Assembly (NCBI GenBank): GCA_020724465.1
Contig: DYGX01000006.1
Coordinates: 67,603-131,602 of the forward strand
Direction: 5' to 3'
From: Thermoflexus sp.
Lineage (GTDB): Bacteria; Chloroflexota; Anaerolineae; Aggregatilineales; Aggregatilineaceae
Length of the DNA stretch: 64,000 nt
Part shown: one piece after another, positions 27,779 through 36,323 of the stretch
Position numbering within the stretch: the first letter of the stretch is position 1
How the letters are laid out: every line of letters begins with the position of its first letter
The notes under the pieces: model-generated
What the model was told of the DNA's origin: nothing
Database searches by the model: none
Seen by the model: the letters and a program-made list of their open reading frames with translations, nothing else
Program-made: the position numbers and the translations under genes

Positions 27779-29266
27779 TCAGCCGGAGCGCGGGCTGGCG
27801 GCGCGCTCTACCGGGTGCAGGCGGCGCCAATGGATCCGGAAGGCGACTGCCGCCAGCACTACTGCCGCCGCGATGACCAGCGCGGCGGCCCCAAAAGCGC
27901 GCTCGATCCCCGCCACGATGGCCCAGGGCGGCGCCTCGCTCACGTCCACCCCGTCCGGCAGATTCGCCACCGACAGGACCCGGCTGGCAAACAGCGCGCC
28001 CATCAGCGGGATCCCGGTCACCTGCCCCATCGTGCGCGAGAGCGACAGCAACCCGGACGCCATCCCCAGCCGCTCGCGCGGGGCGAGGCCCATGATCGCG
28101 CTGTTGTTGGGGGACTGGAACAAGCCCGCGCCCAACCCCAACGGCAGCAGGCGCGCGATATAGCCCACGGTCGACGTGTCTGTGTCCAGCGAGGCGATCG
28201 ACAGGCAGGCGCCCACGACGATCACCAGCCCGATCAGCGAGATCCCGCGCGATCCGTAGCGGTCCGACAGCGCCCCGGCAACGGGAGCCGTCACGCCCAG
28301 CGCGGCCGGAACGACCACCAGGAACAGGCCGACGTGCTGCGGATCGTAGCCCTTGACCCGCTCCAGGTAGAAGGGCATCACAAACAGGCCCGCGATGACA
28401 ATGAACACCAGAAAGCCGGTGAGCAGGCTGATGCTGAACAGCGAATCGCGGAACAGGCGCAGGTCCACCATCGGCTGGCTCAGCCGTGTCTCGACCAGCA
28501 GGAAGACGACAAACCCCACCCCGGCGCCGCTCAGCAGCGCCGTGATCGTCGGGCTGTCCCAGCCCTGCGTCGGGCCGAAGGTCAGGCCGAGCGCCAGGCA
28601 CACCAGCGTGCCAAAGAGCAGCGCCGCGCCCGTCATGTCGAAACGCTGCCCGCCGGGCGGCCGCCAGTCCGGAATGTAGCGCCGCGCCAGCAGCAGGCCG
28701 GCGATCCCCACCGGCAGATTGACCAGGAAGATCGCGCGCCAGCCGACCGTGCCGATCAGCAGGCCGCCCAGCGTCGGGCCGATGCTGATCCCGATCGACA
28801 CGATCGTCCCTGTGATGCCCAGGGCGCGCCCGCGCTCCGACGCGGGAAACGCCTCGGTGACGATCGCCATGCCCAGCGCCTGCATCATCACCGCGCCCAG
28901 ACCCTGAAAGGCGCGGAAGCCGATCAGAAACCCGACCGTCGGCGCGATCCCGCACAGCAGCGACCCCAGCGTGAAGACCGCCATGCCGGTCAGGTAGATG
29001 CGCTTCTTGCCGATCATGTCGGCCAGGCGCGCCACACCGAGCATCAAGGACGTGACGACCAGCAGATAGCTGATGACGACCCACTGCACCGTGGCGAACG
29101 AGGTGTCGAACGCCTCTTCGAGCGTGGGCAGCGACACGTTGACGATGCTGCTATCGATGGTTGAGAGGAACACGCCCATCGCCACGCTGAGCATGACCCA
29201 CCATTTCTGCGAGGTGTCGGCAGCCGGCCCGGCCAGTCGCGGCGCTTCAGGTGGATGGTAAGGCAT
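27779..29266 (-). CDS. MFS drug:H+ antiporter (DHA2, 14 TM)
   Basis: IDSSIVNVSLP, RLADMIGKK, RAFQGLG, GPTLGG, FLVNLPVG and FQSPNN motifs. Confidence 0.92.
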   Translation of the reverse strand: MPYHPPEAPRLAGPAADTSQKWWVMLSVAMGVFLSTIDSSIVNVSLPTLEEAFDTSFATVQWVVISYLLVVTSLMLGVARLADMIGKKRIYLTGMAVFTLGSLLCGIAPTVGFLIGFRAFQGLGAVMMQALGMAIVTEAFPASERGRALGITGTIVSIGISIGPTLGGLLIGTVGWRAIFLVNLPVGIAGLLLARRYIPDWRPPGGQRFDMTGAALLFGTLVCLALGLTFGPTQGWDSPTITALLSGAGVGFVVFLLVETRLSQPMVDLRLFRDSLFSISLLTGFLVFIVIAGLFVMPFYLERVKGYDPQHVGLFLVVVPAALGVTAPVAGALSDRYGSRGISLIGLVIVVGACLSIASLDTDTSTVGYIARLLPLGLGAGLFQSPNNSAIMGLAPRERLGMASGLLSLSRTMGQVTGIPLMGALFASRVLSVANLPDGVDVSEAPPWAIVAGIERAFGAAALVIAAAVVLAAVAFRIHWRRLHPVERAASPRSG

Positions 29267-29387
29267 CGGCAACTCGTGTAAAAACTGTGTCACAATGAAT
29301 GGCGCGCAAAATCAGGCTGGCCAAGTATACCGTAGCTCTATACAATCGGGGACCGGTCTGACACTCGTGGAAAGGGATCGACTCTGC

Positions 29388-30371
29388 ATGAAGATTCGCT
29401 ACACGCTAGACGACACCGCCGCGCGCATCCCTCTGAGCATCCGCAGCAGCGACGGCGTCTGGGATCGCAGCGCCGATCTCCGCAACGCCCCCAGTGTGCG
29501 CCTGGTCGAGCTGACCACCCAGCACATGCTCAACACCGGCCTGTCGCTGGTCGAAGAGCTGGCGTACTACTTCGAGCAGGGCGCGCCCAGCGAGTCCGAC
29601 CCCTACGCGCTGGGGCAGTGCTATGAAAACCGCGACCGCCTGCAAGATTTGCTGAGCGACCTGCACAACCAGCCGCCGGACGAGTTGATCGCGCTGCACG
29701 AGATTGAGGCGCTGTTCCCCGAAAGCTACGACAGAACCATCCCGTTCTCGCTGGCGCTGACGGTGGTCGGCATGCCGGCCTTCGGCTATGTGCGTACCTT
29801 CAGCGACGCCGAGGGCGAGCAGTTCCACGGGCTGATCGTCAATCTGGCGCAGGCGCACCACCATCTCGAGGAACGCTTCGGCCAGTTCTCGCTGGCGCTG
29901 CTGGTCGATACCATCCGCGACGGCTTCTTCAACCACGAAGCCTTCCGCATCATCTATCACGAATTCATCACGGACTCCGGGCGCTCGCTCAACCGCCCGG
30001 TTGACCGTCTGAAAAACACGCTGCTCAGCCGGGGGATCGCCTGGTATCTTAGCTACCGCCGCGATCTCGCCTTCTACGACGAGATCCTGGGGCTGAACAT
30101 CATCCCCTTAGACGAGCACGCCGCCGCCTGGAACCGGATGATCGACTCCGCGCGGCGCAAAGCGACCAGCGATCAACTCGTTGAAGACTGGCTGGACGTG
30201 CCCGAGACGCGCCACCCCGGCGAGTCGTGCATCGACATCGTGGGCTACTTCGCCGCCCGCGCCATCGCCGAGCAGCACGGGATCGCCGGGCTGCGCGAGG
30301 CGATCACAGCCGGGCCGGATCACTTCATCGCGCTCTATAACGCGCTCGGCCAGCACCAGCTTCAGCGCTGA
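29388..30371 (+). CDS. Hypothetical protein, possibly a degenerate zincin-like fold
   Basis: Long ORF with typical codon bias; NHEAFR..RGIAWY..VGYFAA resembles an HExxH..EG.A..GY layout with ligand substitutions. Confidence 0.5.
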   Translation: MKIRYTLDDTAARIPLSIRSSDGVWDRSADLRNAPSVRLVELTTQHMLNTGLSLVEELAYYFEQGAPSESDPYALGQCYENRDRLQDLLSDLHNQPPDELIALHEIEALFPESYDRTIPFSLALTVVGMPAFGYVRTFSDAEGEQFHGLIVNLAQAHHHLEERFGQFSLALLVDTIRDGFFNHEAFRIIYHEFITDSGRSLNRPVDRLKNTLLSRGIAWYLSYRRDLAFYDEILGLNIIPLDEHAAAWNRMIDSARRKATSDQLVEDWLDVPETRHPGESCIDIVGYFAARAIAEQHGIAGLREAITAGPDHFIALYNALGQHQLQR

Positions 30372-30458
30372 TCCGGCAGCATCCATCGACGGCGACAGAA
30401 AGACAAACGGGGCAGCCTGTTCATAGGCCGCCCCGCTGCCATCTCGATCAGGCGGCGG

Positions 30459-31364
30459 TTAGCTCGCGCCTACCGTGATATCGCCCACGCTGGTGCGCAG
30501 CTCGATCACGGGCGCCGTCCCGCTGCCGGAGCCAACCGTCCCGCGCCAGGCCTGGCGGGTCGCGTCGCGCCGCTCTTCGCGCACCGTGGTATCGAGCGTG
30601 GCATCCATCGTGACATTCCCAACACCCGTCTCGGCGTCAATCTGGGCGTATAGGTCGCCGGGCACATACAGCCGGAGTGCGCCCACATCCACCTTCATTC
30701 GCGAATCACTCAGGCTTTCATCCAGCGCCCCATTGAACACGATGTCTCCCACATTGAGCTGCGCATCAATATGGCCGACACGCACGCCGCGCTCGACGCG
30801 CAGCGATCCCACCCCGCCGTTCACGACCAGATCGAAGACGACGTCATCCGGCACGCTGATCGTCAGATCGACTTCCGAGGCGCGACCGAAGGACAGAGTC
30901 CCCCCCAGACGTTCGGTCGTCAGCGCGATCGTGCCGCCGCTGCGTTCTTCCAGGCGCACGTTGATGTCGTCCAGGTAGCTGCGCGCCTGTCCCTGGCTGA
31001 TCCCGCGCGCCACCTTCCGGTACTCGACCGCGATCTCGCCCGCTGCCCCGGTGGTGATCATGATGTCGCCCACCTCGTTCTCGATCCGGAAGGTCACATC
31101 CGTCGCATCCGGTTCCAGGGCGAGCTGCGTCGTGCTGAGTTCGGTCACCTCGCTGCTTTCGACAATCGTGCTGACCACAACGCTGCCGGCTCCAAAAAGC
31201 ACCAGCGGCAGGATCAGGCACGCGCAGCAGACCAGCAGACACCCGCCCAACACAAACCAGGGCCAGCGACGGCGGCGCGGCGGTTCGGGTTCCAGGTAGT
31301 ACTCGTCGTTTTTCTTCTTCTTTTCCGGCTCAACCCACTCAGAATCGGGGCGCTCGGGTTCCAT
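30459..31364 (-). CDS. Membrane-anchored DUF4097-like beta-strand repeat protein
   Basis: Cys-rich TM segment followed by repeated N-x-VG-D/S-I/L units. Confidence 0.75.
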   Translation of the reverse strand: MEPERPDSEWVEPEKKKKNDEYYLEPEPPRRRRWPWFVLGGCLLVCCACLILPLVLFGAGSVVVSTIVESSEVTELSTTQLALEPDATDVTFRIENEVGDIMITTGAAGEIAVEYRKVARGISQGQARSYLDDINVRLEERSGGTIALTTERLGGTLSFGRASEVDLTISVPDDVVFDLVVNGGVGSLRVERGVRVGHIDAQLNVGDIVFNGALDESLSDSRMKVDVGALRLYVPGDLYAQIDAETGVGNVTMDATLDTTVREERRDATRQAWRGTVGSGSGTAPVIELRTSVGDITVGAS

Positions 31365-31493
31365 CGCGATTGACTCCCGGCCATATGGCACAGATGGGCC
31401 TGTCCTGTTCGCAAAACAGGATCGGCGGTCACGAAAGTATACGCACACCGGCGTGGGGCGTTGCGTCGCATGCCAGCCGGGGAATCGGCCCGT

Positions 31494-32045
31494 TCAGTCA
31501 GCAGAGGGGGCGACCGCGCCTTCCTCTTCGGCGGCCAGCGCGGCGGTGCAGGCCGCGCAATAGCCCGTGAAGCAGGAATGGGCCGAGATGATCGTCACGC
31601 CCAGAGCAGTCGTGACTTCCTCGCGAAAGGCGTCCACGATGTCCGGCTCGACGGGCACTTCTTTGCCGCAGCGTTTGCACGTCAGCGTGTACCGCTCGTA
31701 GACCGAGCGAAAGCGGTATTCTTCGCGGCTCTGGTCCTCGCCCACGTTGCGCCCGTCAACCAGCCGCATTTCCTTGAACAACGCCAGCGTGCGGTAGACT
31801 GTCGCCAGGCTGAGCGCCACCCCGCGCTGGTTGGCCTGGCGGTGCAGCGCCTCGGCGCTGAGATAACGCCGCTGGCTGCGCAGCACGTCCAGCAGCGCGC
31901 GCCGCTGGCTGGTGATGCGATGCCCCGCCCGCCGGAAGGCATCGAGGATGGCGGCCTCTTCGCGGTCGTTTGCATCGGCGGCCCCGGCGGTCAGGTCGGC
32001 AACCGGCACAAATCCGGACGAAGGACGGTCAGGCTGGGAGTCCAT
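31494..32045 (-). CDS. Fur-family transcriptional regulator with degenerate sensory metal site
   Basis: RITSQR, LSAE, LSLATVYRTL, CKRC and GYCAAC; the His-rich motif is replaced by YERYT. Confidence 0.88.
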   Translation of the reverse strand: MDSQPDRPSSGFVPVADLTAGAADANDREEAAILDAFRRAGHRITSQRRALLDVLRSQRRYLSAEALHRQANQRGVALSLATVYRTLALFKEMRLVDGRNVGEDQSREEYRFRSVYERYTLTCKRCGKEVPVEPDIVDAFREEVTTALGVTIISAHSCFTGYCAACTAALAAEEEGAVAPSAD

Positions 32046-32141
32046 GGAATATCCTTACTGCCTACCCGGAGATTCGCTGCAATTATGACACAGACTCACC
32101 CCGCCCGTAAACCGCTGCGGCCTGGCGGTGCAGAATCGCAA

Positions 32142-32177
32142 AGAAATTTTCCAAAATAATCTAAATTTCTATAGATT
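32142..32177. promoter_or_regulatory. AT-rich overlapping inverted repeats, candidate operator between divergent promoters
   Basis: AGAAATTT-N13-AAATTTCT (32142-32170) and AATCTA-N8-TAGATT (32158-32177). Flanked by TTGCCG-17-TAGAAT (+, 32194-32222) and TTTACG-18-CATAAT (-, 32082-32111). Confidence 0.55.
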
Positions 32178-32277
32178 TTCGCAGATTGTGATATTGCCGG
32201 TCGTCTGCCCGGTCGGTAGAATGGTGCCGTGTTGTGGCTTGCTGTTTACACGCTTTCAGTCAAGGAGACACATTGGC

Positions 32278-33210
32278 ATGAAGACATCCTTTTCCCTGCG
32301 TCACGGCCTGATCGGGCTGCTGGCCCTCGCGCTGGTGCTGACGCTCGGCGTTCCGGCAGCGCTCGCTCAGGACGATGGGCCGCGCACGCTGACCGATGCG
32401 CTGCGCCGCGAGGTGACGCTCGATGCTCCGCCGCAGCGCGTCGTGGGCCTGAGCGCGTCCATCATCGACATGCTGTTCGCGTTGGGGGTCACCCCGGTCG
32501 GCGTGACGGAAGGCATCGAGCATCCCGCCGCCGCCGGACTCCCCACCTTTGGCACCGGCTACCAGCTCGATCTGGAGGCCCTGGCGGCGCTTGAGCCGGA
32601 CCTGATTTTCGCCAACGCGCAGCTTCAGGCGCAACTGGCCGACCAGCTCAGCGGCATTGCGCCGACGATCTACGTGCTGACCCTGACCGCGGACGACGTG
32701 CCCGCCAACGTCCGCCTGATCGGCGAGGCTACCTGGAAGGACAACACCGCCGAGGCGCTGGCGAAGGCGTATGAGGACTTCCTGGCGTTTGTGCCGGTCG
32801 CTGCGGCGGGGCATGAGGGTCCCTCGGTTTTGATCATCGTTGGCACGCTTGACATGCCGAACTTCGGCAAAAGCTCGACCTACCTGGGCGATATGGTGGT
32901 CAAGCTCGGCGGGACGGTGGTCGGCGATGACCAGCCGGATGCCGGCCCCTTCCCCGGCTATGCGCAGCTCAGCGTCGAGGCCGTGGTAGAAGCCGATCCG
33001 GACATGATCCTGACCATCACGCGCGGCGCGCCCGGCACCCCGCCCATCCCTGAGGCGATGGCGGCGGACCCGATCTGGTCGTCGCTGAGCGCGTTCGAGA
33101 ACGGCCGCGTGTACGAGCTGGACAATCGCCTCTACGTCGAGGCGCCCGGTCCGCGCTTCACCGAGGCCTTGACGAACCTGTTTAGCCTGTTCTACGGCGG
33201 GGAGAACTAG
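32278..33210 (+). CDS. ABC transporter substrate-binding protein (siderophore/heme/cobalamin class)
   Basis: Signal peptide; PQRVVGLS, DLEALAALEPDLI, SVEAVVEADPD and PGPR motifs. Confidence 0.9.
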   Translation: MKTSFSLRHGLIGLLALALVLTLGVPAALAQDDGPRTLTDALRREVTLDAPPQRVVGLSASIIDMLFALGVTPVGVTEGIEHPAAAGLPTFGTGYQLDLEALAALEPDLIFANAQLQAQLADQLSGIAPTIYVLTLTADDVPANVRLIGEATWKDNTAEALAKAYEDFLAFVPVAAAGHEGPSVLIIVGTLDMPNFGKSSTYLGDMVVKLGGTVVGDDQPDAGPFPGYAQLSVEAVVEADPDMILTITRGAPGTPPIPEAMAADPIWSSLSAFENGRVYELDNRLYVEAPGPRFTEALTNLFSLFYGGEN

Positions 33211-34289
33211 TGCGCAATCTGGCACCAGCCAGCCCGATCGTTTCGATCCAGTACGCAGGCCAGGCGCGGTGGCGCCTGGCCTGGCGTGCGCTGGTGATGG
33301 GACTGAGCGCGCTGCTGCTGCTGGCCGGGGTTGTCTACTCGTTGGGCAGCGGCTCGGTCAGCATCCCCAGCCGCGACGTGATCGCCGCGTTGCAAGATCG
33401 GGAAAGCGTCAGCCGTATGACCGGCATCATCGTCCACGAGGTGCGCCTGCCTCGCGTGCTGGTCGGCCTGCTGGTCGGGATCAATCTGGGCGTGTCGGGC
33501 ACGCTGTTGCAGGGCGTGGTGCGCTCGCCCCTGGCGGACCCGTACATCCTGGGCGTATCGGCGGGCGGCGGGCTGGCTGCCGCGCTGACCTCGCTGATGA
33601 TCCCCGGCTTCCCGCCGGGCGCGGTGCCGGCGGCAGCCTTCGTCGGCGCGCTGCTCGGCGCGCTGGTGGTCTACGCCGTCGCCTGGGATGGCACCGGCGT
33701 CACGACCACGCGGCTGGCGCTGGCAGGCGTGGCACTGACCACCATGCTCGGCGCCTTTACCACAACGGTCGTCGTCATGACGGTCGAGGTCGGCGCGCAG
33801 ACGGTGTTTCAATGGCTGGTGGGCGGCCTGTACACGGTTGGCTGGAAAGAATACCGGCTGATCGCGCCGTACAGCGCCGCCGGGGTGGTGCTGGCGATGC
33901 TGCTCGCCGGGCGGGCGAACATCCTGGCGCTGGGCGACGACGTGGCGCAGGGGCTTGGCCTGCGCGTCGAGCAGACCCGCTTCATGATGAGCGCCGTCGC
34001 CGCCATCCTGGCGGGCAGTTCGGTTGCGGTGGCCGGGCTGGTGGCGTTCGTGGGACTGCTGGTTCCCAATGTCGCACGCCGGCTGGTAGGGTCGGACTTC
34101 CGCTTCCTGATCCCGACGAGCCTGCTGCTGGGCGGCGCGCTGATGGTCTGGGCGGACGCCGCCGCGCGCGTCACCTTCCCAACGCTGCTCGGCAACCCGA
34201 ACATCGAGTTTCCGGTCGGCATTGTGACGGCGGTAATCGGCGGGCCGTTGTTCCTGTGGCTGGTGCGCGCACGCCGCAGCCAGTGGTAA
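33210..34289 (+). CDS. FecCD/BtuC-family ABC permease
   Basis: RLPRVL, PLADPYILGVSAG, LALGDDVAQGLG, FVGLLVPN and PVGIVTAVIGGP motifs. Confidence 0.93.
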   Translation: MRNLAPASPIVSIQYAGQARWRLAWRALVMGLSALLLLAGVVYSLGSGSVSIPSRDVIAALQDRESVSRMTGIIVHEVRLPRVLVGLLVGINLGVSGTLLQGVVRSPLADPYILGVSAGGGLAAALTSLMIPGFPPGAVPAAAFVGALLGALVVYAVAWDGTGVTTTRLALAGVALTTMLGAFTTTVVVMTVEVGAQTVFQWLVGGLYTVGWKEYRLIAPYSAAGVVLAMLLAGRANILALGDDVAQGLGLRVEQTRFMMSAVAAILAGSSVAVAGLVAFVGLLVPNVARRLVGSDFRFLIPTSLLLGGALMVWADAAARVTFPTLLGNPNIEFPVGIVTAVIGGPLFLWLVRARRSQW

Positions 34290-34330
34290 GCGCCCGCACG
34301 GGCATCGCAGACGAGAAGGGTTTCGACGCC

Positions 34331-35218
34331 ATGCCGATTCTTCAGGCAGACCGTCTCACACTGAGCTACCGGCGCGGCAGCCCGGTGGTGCGCGATCTGT
34401 CGCTGGCCATCGAACCGGGCGAGATCGCGGCGCTGGTCGGCCCCAACGGCTCGGGGAAAAGCACCCTGCTGCGCGCGCTGGCGCGGCTGATGCGCCCGCA
34501 AAGCGGCACGGTCTATCTCGACGGGCGCCCGATTCACCGCCAGCCCGCGCGCAAAGTGGCGCAGCAGCTTGCCATCCTGCCCCAAAACCCGACCGCGCCC
34601 GAAGACCTGACCGTGCGCGACCTGGTGGCGCGCGGGCGCTTCGCCCGTCAGGCGTGGTGGCGCCCGGCCAGCCAGCGCGATCAGGCGGTGATCGACTGGG
34701 CGCTGGATGTCACCGGACTGGCCGGGTTGGCTACGCGGCAGTTGAGCACGCTCTCCGGCGGCGAGCGCCAGCGGGCGTGGATCGCGCTCGCGCTGGCTCA
34801 GGAACCGCGCGTCCTGCTGCTGGACGAGCCGACGACGTTCCTGGACATCAGCCACCAGCTTGAGATCATGGCCCTGCTGCAAACGCTCAACCGCGACAGC
34901 GGCCTGAGCATCGTGATGGTGCTGCACGATCTGAATCAGGCGGCGCGTTTCTGCCACCGCCTGATCGCCATCCGCGACGGACGGCTCTACGCCGCGGGCA
35001 CGCCCGACGAGGTGCTGACGGAAACCATGCTGTCCGAGGTGTTCCAGGTCGAGGGAGCAGTCGGGCGCGATCCGTTCACCGGAACGCCGATCTTCACCCC
35101 GCTCCAGTCGGTGCGGGGGCGAAACGGCTCCGAGGGGTCGCCCGATGCCGCATCAGCGGGCGCGCAGCACGCCGAGCGAATCCAGCAGGCGGGTAATTAC
35201 CACGCCGAACACCGTTAG
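34331..35218 (+). CDS. FecE/BtuD-type ABC ATPase
   Basis: GPNGSGKST, LSGGERQR, LLLDEPT and VLHDLN motifs; start MPILQAD. Confidence 0.93.
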   Translation: MPILQADRLTLSYRRGSPVVRDLSLAIEPGEIAALVGPNGSGKSTLLRALARLMRPQSGTVYLDGRPIHRQPARKVAQQLAILPQNPTAPEDLTVRDLVARGRFARQAWWRPASQRDQAVIDWALDVTGLAGLATRQLSTLSGGERQRAWIALALAQEPRVLLLDEPTTFLDISHQLEIMALLQTLNRDSGLSIVMVLHDLNQAARFCHRLIAIRDGRLYAAGTPDEVLTETMLSEVFQVEGAVGRDPFTGTPIFTPLQSVRGRNGSEGSPDAASAGAQHAERIQQAGNYHAEHR

Positions 35219-35455
35219 AAGTAGCGCCGCGCGCGCGATAGCGAACAGGCTGCCGATCAGATCGAAGAAGGGCTTGAAGATCATCAGCGCGCGCAGAATG
35301 AGCCGCAGCAGATCCTTCGGCACGTCAAAGACATTCTTCACGCCCGAAACCAGCGTGCGGGGCGCGAACAGCTCGCGCAGCAGCAGGATCAGCACAACAG
35401 CCATCAGCAGGGCGCGTCCCAGTTGCGGTTCCGTGCGTTGCGTGGTTGTGTTCAT
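35153..35455 (-). CDS. Small hydrophobic hypothetical protein (100 aa)
   Basis: GAGGTG RBS, upstream TATAAT, two hydrophobic segments. The 3' end overlaps the ATPase tail by 66 bp. Confidence 0.6.
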   Translation of the reverse strand: MNTTTQRTEPQLGRALLMAVVLILLLRELFAPRTLVSGVKNVFDVPKDLLRLILRALMIFKPFFDLIGSLFAIARAALLLTVFGVVITRLLDSLGVLRAR

Positions 35456-35604
35456 GCGCCACCTCACCGTTACTCCATCCACGTTTCCCAACCCTATACT
35501 TATTATAGGCTGTTCGCACGTCCAACCGCCCAACGTTCCGCAAAACAACGAGGACACACCGGGTGTCCTCGTTCTGCGGCAATGTCAGTCAGCTCGGCGC
35601 ACGC

Positions 35605-35787
35605 TCAGGCGCGCATCTTGCGGAACAGATACACCAGCCCGGCCACAATCGCGCCCAGCACCAGCACCGGCACCAGCGCCTTGAGAATCGCCAGGACAAT
35701 GCTCAGCACCACAATCGCCGCCAGCACGACGACGAACAGGATCATCACGTTCTTCACCAGGTCGTTATCCTTCATCCGAGCAGGCAT
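35605..35787 (-). CDS. Small 2-TM membrane protein (60 aa)
   Basis: AGGAGAG RBS; MPARMKDNDLVKNVMILFVVVLAAIVVLSIVLAILKALVPVLVLGAIVAGLVYLFRKMRA. Confidence 0.7.
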   Translation of the reverse strand: MPARMKDNDLVKNVMILFVVVLAAIVVLSIVLAILKALVPVLVLGAIVAGLVYLFRKMRA

Positions 35788-35901
35788 CGTGTTCTCTCCT
35801 ACCGCGTCTCGCCAGGTCTCACTACCTAGTACGCGGGACGGGCGGCGGGGTTGCACGGGCAGGGTAAAATCGAACGCAAAAACCGAGCAGGAGAGGATCA
35901 C

Positions 35902-36204
35902 ATGGACCCCAACCGGATCGTCAACATCGGAGTCGAGGTGCTGCCGCTGACCGACGACGCGCTGCCCCAGGTGGACCGCGCCATCGAAGCGATTATCGCC
36001 AGCGGGCTGCGCTACGAGGTCGGGCCGCTGGAAACCACCATCGAGGGGCCGTTCGAGGCCGCCTGGGAGGCGGCCAAGCAGGCGCACCTGGCGGCGGTCA
36101 GCTCCGGCAACGCGCCGGTCGTCACGCTGATCAAGATATCGGATGCACCCGGCGGCAGCATGACCATCGAGGAGAAAACCGCCAAGTGGCGCAAGGGCGC
36201 GTGA
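35902..36204 (+). CDS. Thiamine-binding protein family (MTH1187/DUF77)
   Basis: VDRAIEAIIASGLRYEVGPLETTIEG, TLIKI and EKTAKW segments. Confidence 0.88.
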   Translation: MDPNRIVNIGVEVLPLTDDALPQVDRAIEAIIASGLRYEVGPLETTIEGPFEAAWEAAKQAHLAAVSSGNAPVVTLIKISDAPGGSMTIEEKTAKWRKGA

Positions 36205-36206
36205 TG

Positions 36207-36323
36207 CGCCCCTCATCCCCCGGCCCCTTGTCCCTCGCACGCGGGGAGAAGAGGAGCACACAGCGGCCCAAGCCCCTCTCCCCGCGACACCGTCGCAGAG
36301 GGAGAGGGGTTTGGGGTGAGAGG
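36207..36323 (+). repeat. REP/REPIN-like composite element, copy 2
   Basis: Two inverted hairpin halves; the right half is identical to copy 1. Lies between convergent genes. Confidence 0.85.

Noticed and set aside
30405..30437. Stem shared with the terminator at 56707 (GCGGGGCGGCCT...GCCCCGTTT) as a second repeat family
   Set aside because: It is short, GC-rich and present in only two copies; ordinary terminators explain it.
32223..32277. Cobalamin riboswitch before the ABC importer
   Set aside because: The leader is only ~50 nt after the predicted promoter and lacks the GGGAA/GCCACTG core.
33269..34330. 649-aa ORF suggesting a long N-terminal extension of the ABC ATPase
   Set aside because: It is an off-frame overlap with the permease gene; the ATPase starts at 34331.
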